Source: Christiangramia sp. (GTDB lineage Bacteria; Bacteroidota; Bacteroidia; Flavobacteriales; Flavobacteriaceae). Taken from it: a DNA stretch of 47,937 bases. Every line of letters starts with the position of its first letter. The stretch's first letter is position 1. The position numbers were made by a program, and so were the translations under genes. The notes beneath the pieces are model-generated. The model did no database searches and had not been told where the DNA came from. It was given only the letters and a program-made list of their open reading frames with translations. Positions 9,624 through 17,541 of this stretch are shown here, piece after piece. Location: assembly GCA_033721075.1 (NCBI GenBank), contig JAWWBH010000001.1, positions 1-47,937 of the forward strand. The letters run 5' to 3'.

Positions 9624-10010
9624 CTATTTTAGTCGGTCTTTAACAAATTCTACTTCTGTTTTTCCATGAGGTTTTGGTTTTCCATTTTTATCCAGGGCTA
9701 CCATAACGATCTTGTCTATTGTGATTATAGTATCCCTTGTCATTTTGTTTCTAACCTCACATTTTAAGGTAAGCGAAGCAGTACCAAATTTCACGACCTC
9801 GATGCCAATTTCCACAATATCTCCCTCATGAGCAGAGCTTTTAAAATCGATCTCACTCATATATTTTGTAACTGTTTTGGGGTTCTCCAGTTGAACAATG
9901 CTATAAAGAGCACATTCTTCATCTATCCACTCCAGGAGTCTGCCGCCAAACAAGGTTCCATTGGGATTAAGGTCCTGAGGTTTTATCCATTTTCTTGTGT
10001 GAAATCTCAT
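9624..10010 (-). CDS. Acyl-CoA thioesterase (hotdog fold)
   Basis: DLNPNGTLFGGRLLEWIDE. Confidence 0.92.
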   Translation of the reverse strand: MRFHTRKWIKPQDLNPNGTLFGGRLLEWIDEECALYSIVQLENPKTVTKYMSEIDFKSSAHEGDIVEIGIEVVKFGTASLTLKCEVRNKMTRDTIITIDKIVMVALDKNGKPKPHGKTEVEFVKDRLK

Positions 10011-10139
10011 TTTTTATTTTAAAAATAAAGAGAAAACCTGAAGAAATAAAAGGGCTTACAAAGAATTATCAAATTCGGAAAAAGAGAAATCAAATCTGTT
10101 GATTTGAAAATTGATGATCATATTTTTAAATAAATGATA

Positions 10140-10559
10140 CTATAAAAATTGTTGAGCCACATTAATGATCTCATCGTGATCAAAGGCCAGCTGCATATCA
10201 TGTAATTTCTCAACTGCAAACCACTTTGCATCTTTAGCATCATCTGAAGGTGCTAAATCTTCCTCACAAAAAATGCGGCTCAAAAAAGCGATGGAGATTG
10301 TATGGCCCCTGGGGTCACGCCCTGGTTTGCCAAACGCCTGGACCTGTTCCATGGAGTCTATTTTAACACCCGTCTCTTCTTTTAATTCCCTTTTGGCTGC
10401 GGTTTCAAGGTCTTCCCCTTCTTCCACAAATCCCCCAGGCAGAGCCCACTGGTCTTTAAACGGGTCTTTTTTTCTTTGGATGAGTAATACTTTAAACTTG
10501 TTATTCACCTTACAGAAAACTACACTGTCTACTGTTATTGCAATATTTTGTTTTGCCAT
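10140..10559 (-). CDS. NUDIX hydrolase (ADP-ribose pyrophosphatase / NrtR N-domain-like)
   Basis: WALPGGFVEEGEDLETAAKRELKEETG Nudix box, RDPR, LAFDH. Confidence 0.92.
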   Translation of the reverse strand: MAKQNIAITVDSVVFCKVNNKFKVLLIQRKKDPFKDQWALPGGFVEEGEDLETAAKRELKEETGVKIDSMEQVQAFGKPGRDPRGHTISIAFLSRIFCEEDLAPSDDAKDAKWFAVEKLHDMQLAFDHDEIINVAQQFL

Positions 10560-10560
10560 T

Positions 10561-11433
10561 TTAATTCAATGTTTTTGGAATTAATAAATTGGTATTAAAC
10601 CTTTTATTGAACTTTTCAATAAAATAAGCCGAAAGAAGTGGCGAAGCTTCCTCAACATTTTGGTGTATAAAGAAATATACGTTTTTTAATCCTAATTTGT
10701 ACCATTCTTCCAGCCTGTCCAGCCAGTCATCCAAACGGGTATAATCGCTTTTATGATTAGCCCCGTTGTATCTGACAAAAGCCGAGTCTGTAGTAAGTCT
10801 CATATGAAGCAGATCTCTTCTGCCAGCCGAATCGGTTATTATATGAGAAATATTATATTCTTTCATCAAATCATAAAGTTCATCTGCAGCCTTTTCATCC
10901 TCATACCAGTCTGCATTCCTGAATTCTGCTGATAAAGGAATCTCACGCGGCCAGTGTTTAAAAAAGGCTTCAACCCTATCCATATTCTTTGGGCCAAAAT
11001 CATTTCTTAATTGAAGAAAACTCATTCCCAGTTTTTCTTTAAGCGGCAAAAGATTGGTCACAAAATCATCTGTTAATCTCTCAGTTTCATTAAGCCTTTT
11101 AATATGACTTATGATCCTGGGAACCTTTGGAAAGAACATGAAATCATCTTCTGCCTTTTCTTCCCATTTAGAGAACTGTTCTGAAGGAAACATCCTGTAA
11201 AATGAGGCATTTAATTCTATGGAATTAAACTGAGTCGAATAATACTGCAGTTCATCTTTGGTGCCCCTGGGATAAAAATTCTTAAGATCGGTCCTGTTCC
11301 ATTTTGCGCATCCCACCCTAACATCGCCAAGTACATTTTTTTTGTGTTCTTTCAATACTTTTTTTGTCTGTTCATGTGTTGGTGGTAGTGTAAAATCTAT
11401 ATCTCCGGGATTATCTACTTTTCCAAATTTCAT
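10561..11433 (-). CDS. DUF72 (YecE-like) protein
   Basis: VGCAKW, FNSIELNASFY, PKVPRIISH, EFR, VRYNG. Confidence 0.9.
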   Translation of the reverse strand: MKFGKVDNPGDIDFTLPPTHEQTKKVLKEHKKNVLGDVRVGCAKWNRTDLKNFYPRGTKDELQYYSTQFNSIELNASFYRMFPSEQFSKWEEKAEDDFMFFPKVPRIISHIKRLNETERLTDDFVTNLLPLKEKLGMSFLQLRNDFGPKNMDRVEAFFKHWPREIPLSAEFRNADWYEDEKAADELYDLMKEYNISHIITDSAGRRDLLHMRLTTDSAFVRYNGANHKSDYTRLDDWLDRLEEWYKLGLKNVYFFIHQNVEEASPLLSAYFIEKFNKRFNTNLLIPKTLN

Positions 11434-11451
11434 ATATTATCCGGTGATATT

Positions 11452-12804
11452 TTATTTAAAAAATACGGTTTTCTTATTTACGAATTCCCTAATGCCATCT
11501 TCAGATAACTCCCTTCCATATCCGGAAATTTTAGTACCGCCAAAAGGCAGTCTGGGGTCACTCTTCACCAGCTCATTCACAAAAACAGCCCCGTCTTCAA
11601 ACTCGGGTACCAGTCTTTCGGCAAACTCCATATCTTCTGTAAAAATGGAAACTCCCAATCCGAAATCAGACATATTCACAAGGTCAATCGCTTCCTGGTC
11701 TTTTTTGAATGTGGTGACTCCAATCGCAGGTCCAAAGGTTTCTTCATAGAACATTTTCATATCTGGCGTTACCTCTGTGAGAATGGTAGGTTCCAGGTAA
11801 GCGCGGTCTCTTTTGCCACCAAGAATGATCTTTGCTCCGTCTTTTACGGAGTCCTTTATCTGTTTTTCGAGTTCCACTGCTAGATCTTCCCTGGCGAGAG
11901 TTCCTATAAAAGTAGCTTCGTCAAGAGGATCTCCACTTTTTAGCTCTCTTACCTGTCTTACAAACTCTTCCATAAAATCATCAGCAATACTTTCATGCAG
12001 TATCAGTCTTTTTCCGGCAATACAACTCTGTCCCGTATTTTGAAACCTTGCCATCACACAGGTCTTAACGCTTTCTTCAATATTGGCATCTTTAAACACC
12101 ACCAGTGCGTTGCTTCCTCCCAGTTCCAGAACCGATTTCTTGATCTCATCACCAGCAGTGGAAGCCACCGCAGCACCTGCTGGTTTACTACCTGTTAATG
12201 TCACGGCTTTCACCCTGGGATCCCGAATAATATCTTCTATTTTACTACTGCTTAATACGAGATTCTGAAAACATGCGTCAGGAAAACCGGCTCGCTCAAA
12301 CACCTTTTGAATATTATTGGCAGATCTCATCACATTACTCGCATGTTTTAAGACACCAATATTCCCGGCCATCAAGGCAGGTGCTGCAAACCTGAAAACC
12401 TGCCAGAAAGGATAGTTCCAGGGCATGACTGCGAGAACGACTCCTATAGGCTCATAGCTTACATAACTTTTAGAAGCATCAGTTTTAATAGTCTTTGAGG
12501 ATAGATGTTTTTCAGCATTCTCTGCATAGTATTCACAGACCCAGGCACACTTCTCAATTTCAGCTACAGCCTGTTTTATAGGTTTTCCCATTTCAAGGCT
12601 CATATCCCTGGCATATTCCTCTTTATTCTTTTTTAGTTCAGCTGCAGCCTTGAGCATAAGTTCTGCCCGCTCCTTAAACGAGGTTCTTCTCCATTTTTTG
12701 AAGCGGTTATCGGCCTTTTCCAGAGCCTTATCTACTTCAGGTTTAGTTAGCTCTTTGAATTTCTCAAGTATTTCGCCTGTATATGGATTTTTGGATTCTA
12801 TCAT
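11452..12804 (-). CDS. NAD(P)-dependent succinate-semialdehyde dehydrogenase (Sad/GabD1-like)
   Basis: MPWNYPFWQVFRFAAP, LELGGS, GQSCIAGKR, EETFGP, PFGGTKISGYGRE. Confidence 0.9.
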   Translation of the reverse strand: MIESKNPYTGEILEKFKELTKPEVDKALEKADNRFKKWRRTSFKERAELMLKAAAELKKNKEEYARDMSLEMGKPIKQAVAEIEKCAWVCEYYAENAEKHLSSKTIKTDASKSYVSYEPIGVVLAVMPWNYPFWQVFRFAAPALMAGNIGVLKHASNVMRSANNIQKVFERAGFPDACFQNLVLSSSKIEDIIRDPRVKAVTLTGSKPAGAAVASTAGDEIKKSVLELGGSNALVVFKDANIEESVKTCVMARFQNTGQSCIAGKRLILHESIADDFMEEFVRQVRELKSGDPLDEATFIGTLAREDLAVELEKQIKDSVKDGAKIILGGKRDRAYLEPTILTEVTPDMKMFYEETFGPAIGVTTFKKDQEAIDLVNMSDFGLGVSIFTEDMEFAERLVPEFEDGAVFVNELVKSDPRLPFGGTKISGYGRELSEDGIREFVNKKTVFFK

Positions 12805-12971
12805 AGTAAAACAATCTTTAGCTTTTCTTTTAAATATAATAAGATGAAGAGTAGAATAACGGCCGATTAAGACATATTTAACGGGGAATGTTTATAACCG
12901 GTGCACAAGTATAAAAACGGCACAGTAAATGCGATCTTTTAAATGGTTATATTTAAGAAACTTTACTTGCC

Positions 12972-13379
12972 ATGAATCCGAGAGATATTAACCTAATGGA
13001 ACTCAGACCTGAGATTCCTTCAGCAAGGATTACAGAGAACATGAGTTCAGATGAGAGGTTTCAAAATGAAACACTTCGCCCTGTAGCGAAACTGCAGGAT
13101 GATTTACTGGTGGCAGCTTTCCGGAATTATATCACCAAACACAAGAATGCCTTTTATGATCTAAATCTTGAAAAAAGGTTGCTGTACATTGAAAATGCTA
13201 TCCAGAAGGATATCAAGTTCAGGAATAGTCTTAAAGGGATGATCATTGGTCAGTTTACGCTTAATGAATACGAAACTTATATTCAGAATTCTTCAGCGCT
13301 TAATAAACGGATGATGAACATTGTAAAGGAAAGGCTTCAGGCCAAACTGCAGCTTTTAGAACGCGACCTGGCGTACTAG
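12972..13379 (+). CDS. Conserved hypothetical protein (helical)
   Basis: 135 aa, FQNETLRPVAKLQ...GMIIGQFT; resembles a Flavobacteriaceae family I recall being labelled 'glyoxalase', but no VOC motifs are visible. Confidence 0.7.
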   Translation: MNPRDINLMELRPEIPSARITENMSSDERFQNETLRPVAKLQDDLLVAAFRNYITKHKNAFYDLNLEKRLLYIENAIQKDIKFRNSLKGMIIGQFTLNEYETYIQNSSALNKRMMNIVKERLQAKLQLLERDLAY

Positions 13380-14087
13380 AAAGCCTATAAGGATCGTGAT
13401 GGTGAAGCTCATAAGTGTTCCAATGAGCACATACTCGGTTTGCTTTCTCGCCCCGGTTTCCGATTTATCGCTGAACCGCAGGATTGATTTTGCTGCGATA
13501 AGAAAGCCTATGGCTGAAAAATTGAGGCTGAGTATAAAGGTGAGCACCAGAATTCGTTCAAAGATCCCAATATATCTGCCCGCAGCATCCAGGCTGTTCC
13601 TTTTTAGGTCGTCTTCTACTTCATTCTGCCATCTCTGGGTTGCTTTTCCAATGAGGAAACCAGCAGGGAAAATTATTACCAGGTAACCTATCACTATTGC
13701 CATTACTGTCTCTGAACCTAATAAATCAGATAAATATGGTATAATGCTCTGAAAATTGGAGGTAATCCAAAGCCACGCCAGGACGATGGCAAAAAGATGC
13801 AGGATCTGGTCAGACAAAAATATCTTCAGGCTGTCCCTTTGGAACTGTAGTTTCCAGAGGTCTGTAAAGAAGTGTGTGAAACTTATAAATACAGCTACAT
13901 ACCAGTACTCTATTCTCATCAGGAAAATAAGGGTTAGGACCCCTGCGATAATCGCATGAAGGTATAAGAACCTGGATCTGCCTTTGTTTCTTCGTTTGTG
14001 CTTTACCCATTTGGTTGGCTGTATCACAAAATCGGTGATCACATGAGCAAGCAATAATTGTAAAAGGATGAGAATACTATTTTCCAT
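13356..14087 (-). CDS. DUF3307 domain membrane protein (SatE-like)
   Basis: AHVITDFVIQ, HFFTD, DQILH, AGRYIGIFERIL, AAKSILRF, EYVLIGTLMSF; start overlaps the satD stop. Confidence 0.88.
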   Translation of the reverse strand: MENSILILLQLLLAHVITDFVIQPTKWVKHKRRNKGRSRFLYLHAIIAGVLTLIFLMRIEYWYVAVFISFTHFFTDLWKLQFQRDSLKIFLSDQILHLFAIVLAWLWITSNFQSIIPYLSDLLGSETVMAIVIGYLVIIFPAGFLIGKATQRWQNEVEDDLKRNSLDAAGRYIGIFERILVLTFILSLNFSAIGFLIAAKSILRFSDKSETGARKQTEYVLIGTLMSFTITILIGFLVRQVAF

Positions 14088-14748
14088 TAGCGAAATGTTC
14101 GTTTATCACTTTCTTATAACGCTGTAACAAAACATCGATTGCATCCCAGCCAGCCGCTTTCTTTCTTTGATTTACAGCAGACTGACTGATCCCCAGTTCA
14201 GAAGCAATTTCGGTTTCCTTAAAACTTTTTAAAAGATAATAAATTACTTCAGCAGATGCGGTACTCCATTTGTCAGATAAGGTATCAAAGAGGAACAAAG
14301 AAGCATTGAACTCATCATTGATATTTTCTGAAGGAGTTTTGAGTCTTAGCTTTCGATTATCCTTTTTCATTTCATCCAGAGTTCTCCCTGAAAACTGAAA
14401 GGCCTGACCATTGGATTCCAAAATTGAATCCCTTTTAAAATCATAGGTACCTATTCCTATTGCCAGTTTTAGATCTACCTCACGTTTAAAAGCCTTATTG
14501 CTTTCACTTTTGTTAAGATGTAACCTGTTGATGGCGGTCTTTATCCTTAATGCGAATTGGAGTGCTTCTTCGGGTGCGTAAATAACGCCCTGAAAACTAT
14601 CTCCCCTGTATATCTCAAATTCAGAGGATGGAACTGTAAGTTTTCCAAGTTCCCTGAACTCCCTGTTAAGCGCACGAATAGTCTGCTCCAGCAACTCCTT
14701 TGGATAACTGGAAGATGATAAAAGATCGGCTGATAGTACTGCAATCAT
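14077..14748 (-). CDS. SatD family protein (nucleotidyl cyclase-like N-domain plus C-terminal HTH)
   Basis: MIAVLSADLLSSS, YRGDSFQG, IGIG, SNGQAFQFSGRTLD, HTH ETEIASELGISQSAVNQRKK. Start moved to the ATG at 14748 because the -7 element lies in the upstream in-frame extension. Confidence 0.85.
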   Translation of the reverse strand: MIAVLSADLLSSSSYPKELLEQTIRALNREFRELGKLTVPSSEFEIYRGDSFQGVIYAPEEALQFALRIKTAINRLHLNKSESNKAFKREVDLKLAIGIGTYDFKRDSILESNGQAFQFSGRTLDEMKKDNRKLRLKTPSENINDEFNASLFLFDTLSDKWSTASAEVIYYLLKSFKETEIASELGISQSAVNQRKKAAGWDAIDVLLQRYKKVINEHFANGK

Positions 14749-14752
14749 ACCA

Positions 14753-14760
14753 CAAATATA
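14753..14760 (-). promoter_or_regulatory. Bacteroidota -7 element (TATATTTG) of satD
   Basis: TAnnTTTG on the minus strand, 4 nt before the ATG at 14748. Confidence 0.65.
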
Positions 14761-14765
14761 CAAAA

Positions 14766-14841
14766 ATAAGCTTAAAACCTTATAAAATACTATTATAAGC
14801 TTAAAGGCTTATTAAATATATTTATAAGCATATAAGCTTAT
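14766..14841. promoter_or_regulatory. Triple palindromic operator-like array ATAAGC-N6-GCTTAT, 29-bp period
   Basis: 14766 ATAAGCTTAAAACCTTAT; 14795 ATAAGCTTAAAGGCTTAT; 14824 ATAAGCATATAAGCTTAT. Confidence 0.8.
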
Positions 14842-14929
14842 TAAAATTTTCATATTAAATATTTCCTAAATCTTCGGTAAGCCGCTAAAGCTTAATTAAT
14901 TTTAAAATCTAATGCGAGAAATTTGAATT

Positions 14930-15382
14930 ATGGTAGCCAATAAAGAAGAACTATTTTACAAATGCCTGGATACCGTAAACAGGCAGATTGATAAATATAA
15001 AAATGAAATGGACCAGATTAGGGAGTCCATGGAGAATAATGATGCTCATACAGATTATGACGAAGATGACAGTAAAGGGCAATTACTGGGAGATTTTGAA
15101 AAATATGCCGAATACCTGGGTAATTCCAGGAAGATGAAGGAGAAATTAAGCCGCATAGACCAAAAACATTACAGTGAGCAGATCGATTTTGGAAGCCTCG
15201 TGGAAACTTCTGAAAATTATTATTTTATTTCGGTAGCCCTGGGAAAGATTTCTTTGGACGAAGGCAGTACAGTATTTGCCATTTCAACCGAAGCACCCAT
15301 TTATCAGGAAATGAAAGGTAAAAAAGCCGGGGAGAGTTTCACCTTTAACGGCAAGGAACATAAGATCCTGGAGGTTCACTGA
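14930..15382 (+). CDS. GreA/GreB-like protein (coiled coil plus Gre C-terminal domain)
   Basis: N-terminal helical hairpin with an acidic tip, IDFGSLVET, AISTEAPIYQEMKGKKAGESFTFNG. Confidence 0.7.
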   Translation: MVANKEELFYKCLDTVNRQIDKYKNEMDQIRESMENNDAHTDYDEDDSKGQLLGDFEKYAEYLGNSRKMKEKLSRIDQKHYSEQIDFGSLVETSENYYFISVALGKISLDEGSTVFAISTEAPIYQEMKGKKAGESFTFNGKEHKILEVH

Positions 15383-17428
15383 TCACTCCGGATATTCAAT
15401 TCGTAAATGGTAAATGTTCTTGAGCTTACGCTTAAGTATCTTTTTCACCATCTGAATTTCCTTAAAGGTGATATTTGAATTAAGGAACTGCCCCTCTTCC
15501 ATTTGTTTATCAATTATCTTTTCTACAAAATTATCAATGAGTACGGCGGTAGGTTCCTTTAAACTCTTACTCGCAGCCTCAACACTATCACACATCATCA
15601 ATATAGCAGTTTCCTTACTGAAAGGAATAGGCCCCGGGTATCTGAAGTCTTCAGAAGGGGCATTTTCATTTATCTCTTTTTCCTTCATATAGAAATAGTA
15701 AACCGTAGTTGTCCCGTGATGCGTTCTTATAAAATCGATAACCCTGTCTGGCAGGTTATTCTTTTTGGCAATCTCTATTCCCTTGATCACATGCTCGATA
15801 ATGATCTGCGCGCTTTCCCGGGGAGCCAATTCATCATGTGAATTGACTGAAGTGGTTTGATTTTCAGTAAAATAAGTTGGATTGTGCATTTTCCCAATAT
15901 CGTGATACAGTGCCCCCACCCTGGCCAGCATGGCGTTCGCATGTATTTCATTGGCCGCAGCTTCAGCAAGATTAGCCACATTGAGACTATGGTGAAAAGT
16001 ACCTGGAGCCTTTTCTGCCAGCTCCTTTAATAATCTTGAGTTGGTATCTGACAGTTCCAGAAGCGACATATCGCTTACCATTCCAAAGATCTTTTCGTAT
16101 ACATAAATAAGGGGCTGAACAAAAAGTGTCGCCAGGCCGCCTAGAATAAAAGTGAGGAAGACCTCCGGTTTCATATCATTTATATCCCCTTCCTGTATCA
16201 CTGTGAATGCGAAATAGGCTATTATATACACCAGGGTGATCTGCCCTACTGATATGAACAGATTTGCCCTTTTATATAATTCACTAACGGTAAGGATAGT
16301 GACTATCCCGGCAATGATCTGAAGGAACATATATTCATAACTGTTAGGCACAATGAAGCCCAGGAGAAGTACGGTTATCACATGGGTGAATAATCCAAGT
16401 CTTGCATCAAAGAAAGCCTTTAATGTAAGCGGGAGTATACACAAAGGGACCACATATACATAATCAATATTGAAGTTGACTACCAAAGTAGTGAGCATCA
16501 CCATAAAAATTATGTTGAAGAATATAAAGGTGACCTTAACATTGTTTTCAAAAACACTTATGCGATACTTCCTCATAAAAAGCAGCAACATCAATAACGC
16601 CAAAGCTACAAGGGCACTGTATCCAACAATTATCCAGTTATAGTTTGTCTGGCTCCATACCTGGGATTCATATTCGGCCTTGAGGGAAAGTAGAATATTG
16701 TATTTATTTCCTTCAACCACTTCTCCTTTGGCTATAATACGACTACCCTGCTCTATTATTCCACGTGTATATGAAATATTATTGAGTTTGCTTTCAAGTT
16801 CTTTCTGAGTAAGGTTATTATTGAAAGTAACGTTTGGTTCCACCGAATTAAAGAACACTTCCAGCAACTCGGTTTTAAAGGAAGAAAATCCGGCATTGGT
16901 AATTTCATCATTTAAAAAACTTCGAACCTGGCCCTGTTTAAGGATTCTTCTATAAGCCACTTCTGAAGCCTCATTTCCTTTTAATAAATATACCAGCTGA
17001 TCTGGTTCCAGGCGCTCACTTTCCTGGAGCAACCCAAATTCATATATCTTATCTACCGTTTCCGCCACAAAGTCATCTATGATGGTTTCATAAACGTTAA
17101 GTGTAGAATCTGCGAAAACATTCTGAACTTCCTGTAGCGCATCTTTTTTTACTCTCTCAGGTTTTTCAGTGTCATAATTATAATATGGAATATGAGATTG
17201 CTTGATATCCTGCTTTTCAGCGGCGATCTCTTCATCGGTCTTCAGAATCGCGAAATCAAAAGGGGCGTATAGATTTTCATACTGCCATGGTTTCCCTTTG
17301 GGAATATCATATTTGAATTTGCCTCCTTTAGGAAGAAGGTAAACGATTAAAACTGAGGTAAGCACAAACAGGAAAACCTTGTAAAAAAGCGCCTGATTCT
17401 TGTATAGCTTATTAATGAAATCGCTCAT
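15383..17428 (-). CDS. 7TM-HDIG family phosphohydrolase (PgpH-like cyclic-di-AMP phosphodiesterase)
   Basis: N-terminal TM, large extracytoplasmic domain, 7TM region, APGTFHHS, YHDIGK, HHGT, FRYPGP, DSVEAA. Confidence 0.9.
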   Translation of the reverse strand: MSDFINKLYKNQALFYKVFLFVLTSVLIVYLLPKGGKFKYDIPKGKPWQYENLYAPFDFAILKTDEEIAAEKQDIKQSHIPYYNYDTEKPERVKKDALQEVQNVFADSTLNVYETIIDDFVAETVDKIYEFGLLQESERLEPDQLVYLLKGNEASEVAYRRILKQGQVRSFLNDEITNAGFSSFKTELLEVFFNSVEPNVTFNNNLTQKELESKLNNISYTRGIIEQGSRIIAKGEVVEGNKYNILLSLKAEYESQVWSQTNYNWIIVGYSALVALALLMLLLFMRKYRISVFENNVKVTFIFFNIIFMVMLTTLVVNFNIDYVYVVPLCILPLTLKAFFDARLGLFTHVITVLLLGFIVPNSYEYMFLQIIAGIVTILTVSELYKRANLFISVGQITLVYIIAYFAFTVIQEGDINDMKPEVFLTFILGGLATLFVQPLIYVYEKIFGMVSDMSLLELSDTNSRLLKELAEKAPGTFHHSLNVANLAEAAANEIHANAMLARVGALYHDIGKMHNPTYFTENQTTSVNSHDELAPRESAQIIIEHVIKGIEIAKKNNLPDRVIDFIRTHHGTTTVYYFYMKEKEINENAPSEDFRYPGPIPFSKETAILMMCDSVEAASKSLKEPTAVLIDNFVEKIIDKQMEEGQFLNSNITFKEIQMVKKILKRKLKNIYHLRIEYPE

Positions 17429-17446
17429 AAATATTCAGGTAATGCT

Positions 17447-17454
17447 CAAATGTA
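17447..17454 (-). promoter_or_regulatory. Bacteroidota -7 element (TACATTTG)
   Basis: TAnnTTTG 18 nt before the ATG at 17428. Confidence 0.55.
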
Positions 17455-17541
17455 GTAAAAATAGGCCTGAATAAGCTTAGGTTATTTAATTCCTTATAAA
17501 ATCACTAACTTCGCAACACCTCAATTAATTAAACTTAAAAC

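Noticed and set aside
14766-14841. Mini-CRISPR reading of the 29-bp periodic repeats
   Set aside because: The 11-nt AT-rich gaps are far too short to be spacers and there are no cas genes; position on a promoter fits operators.
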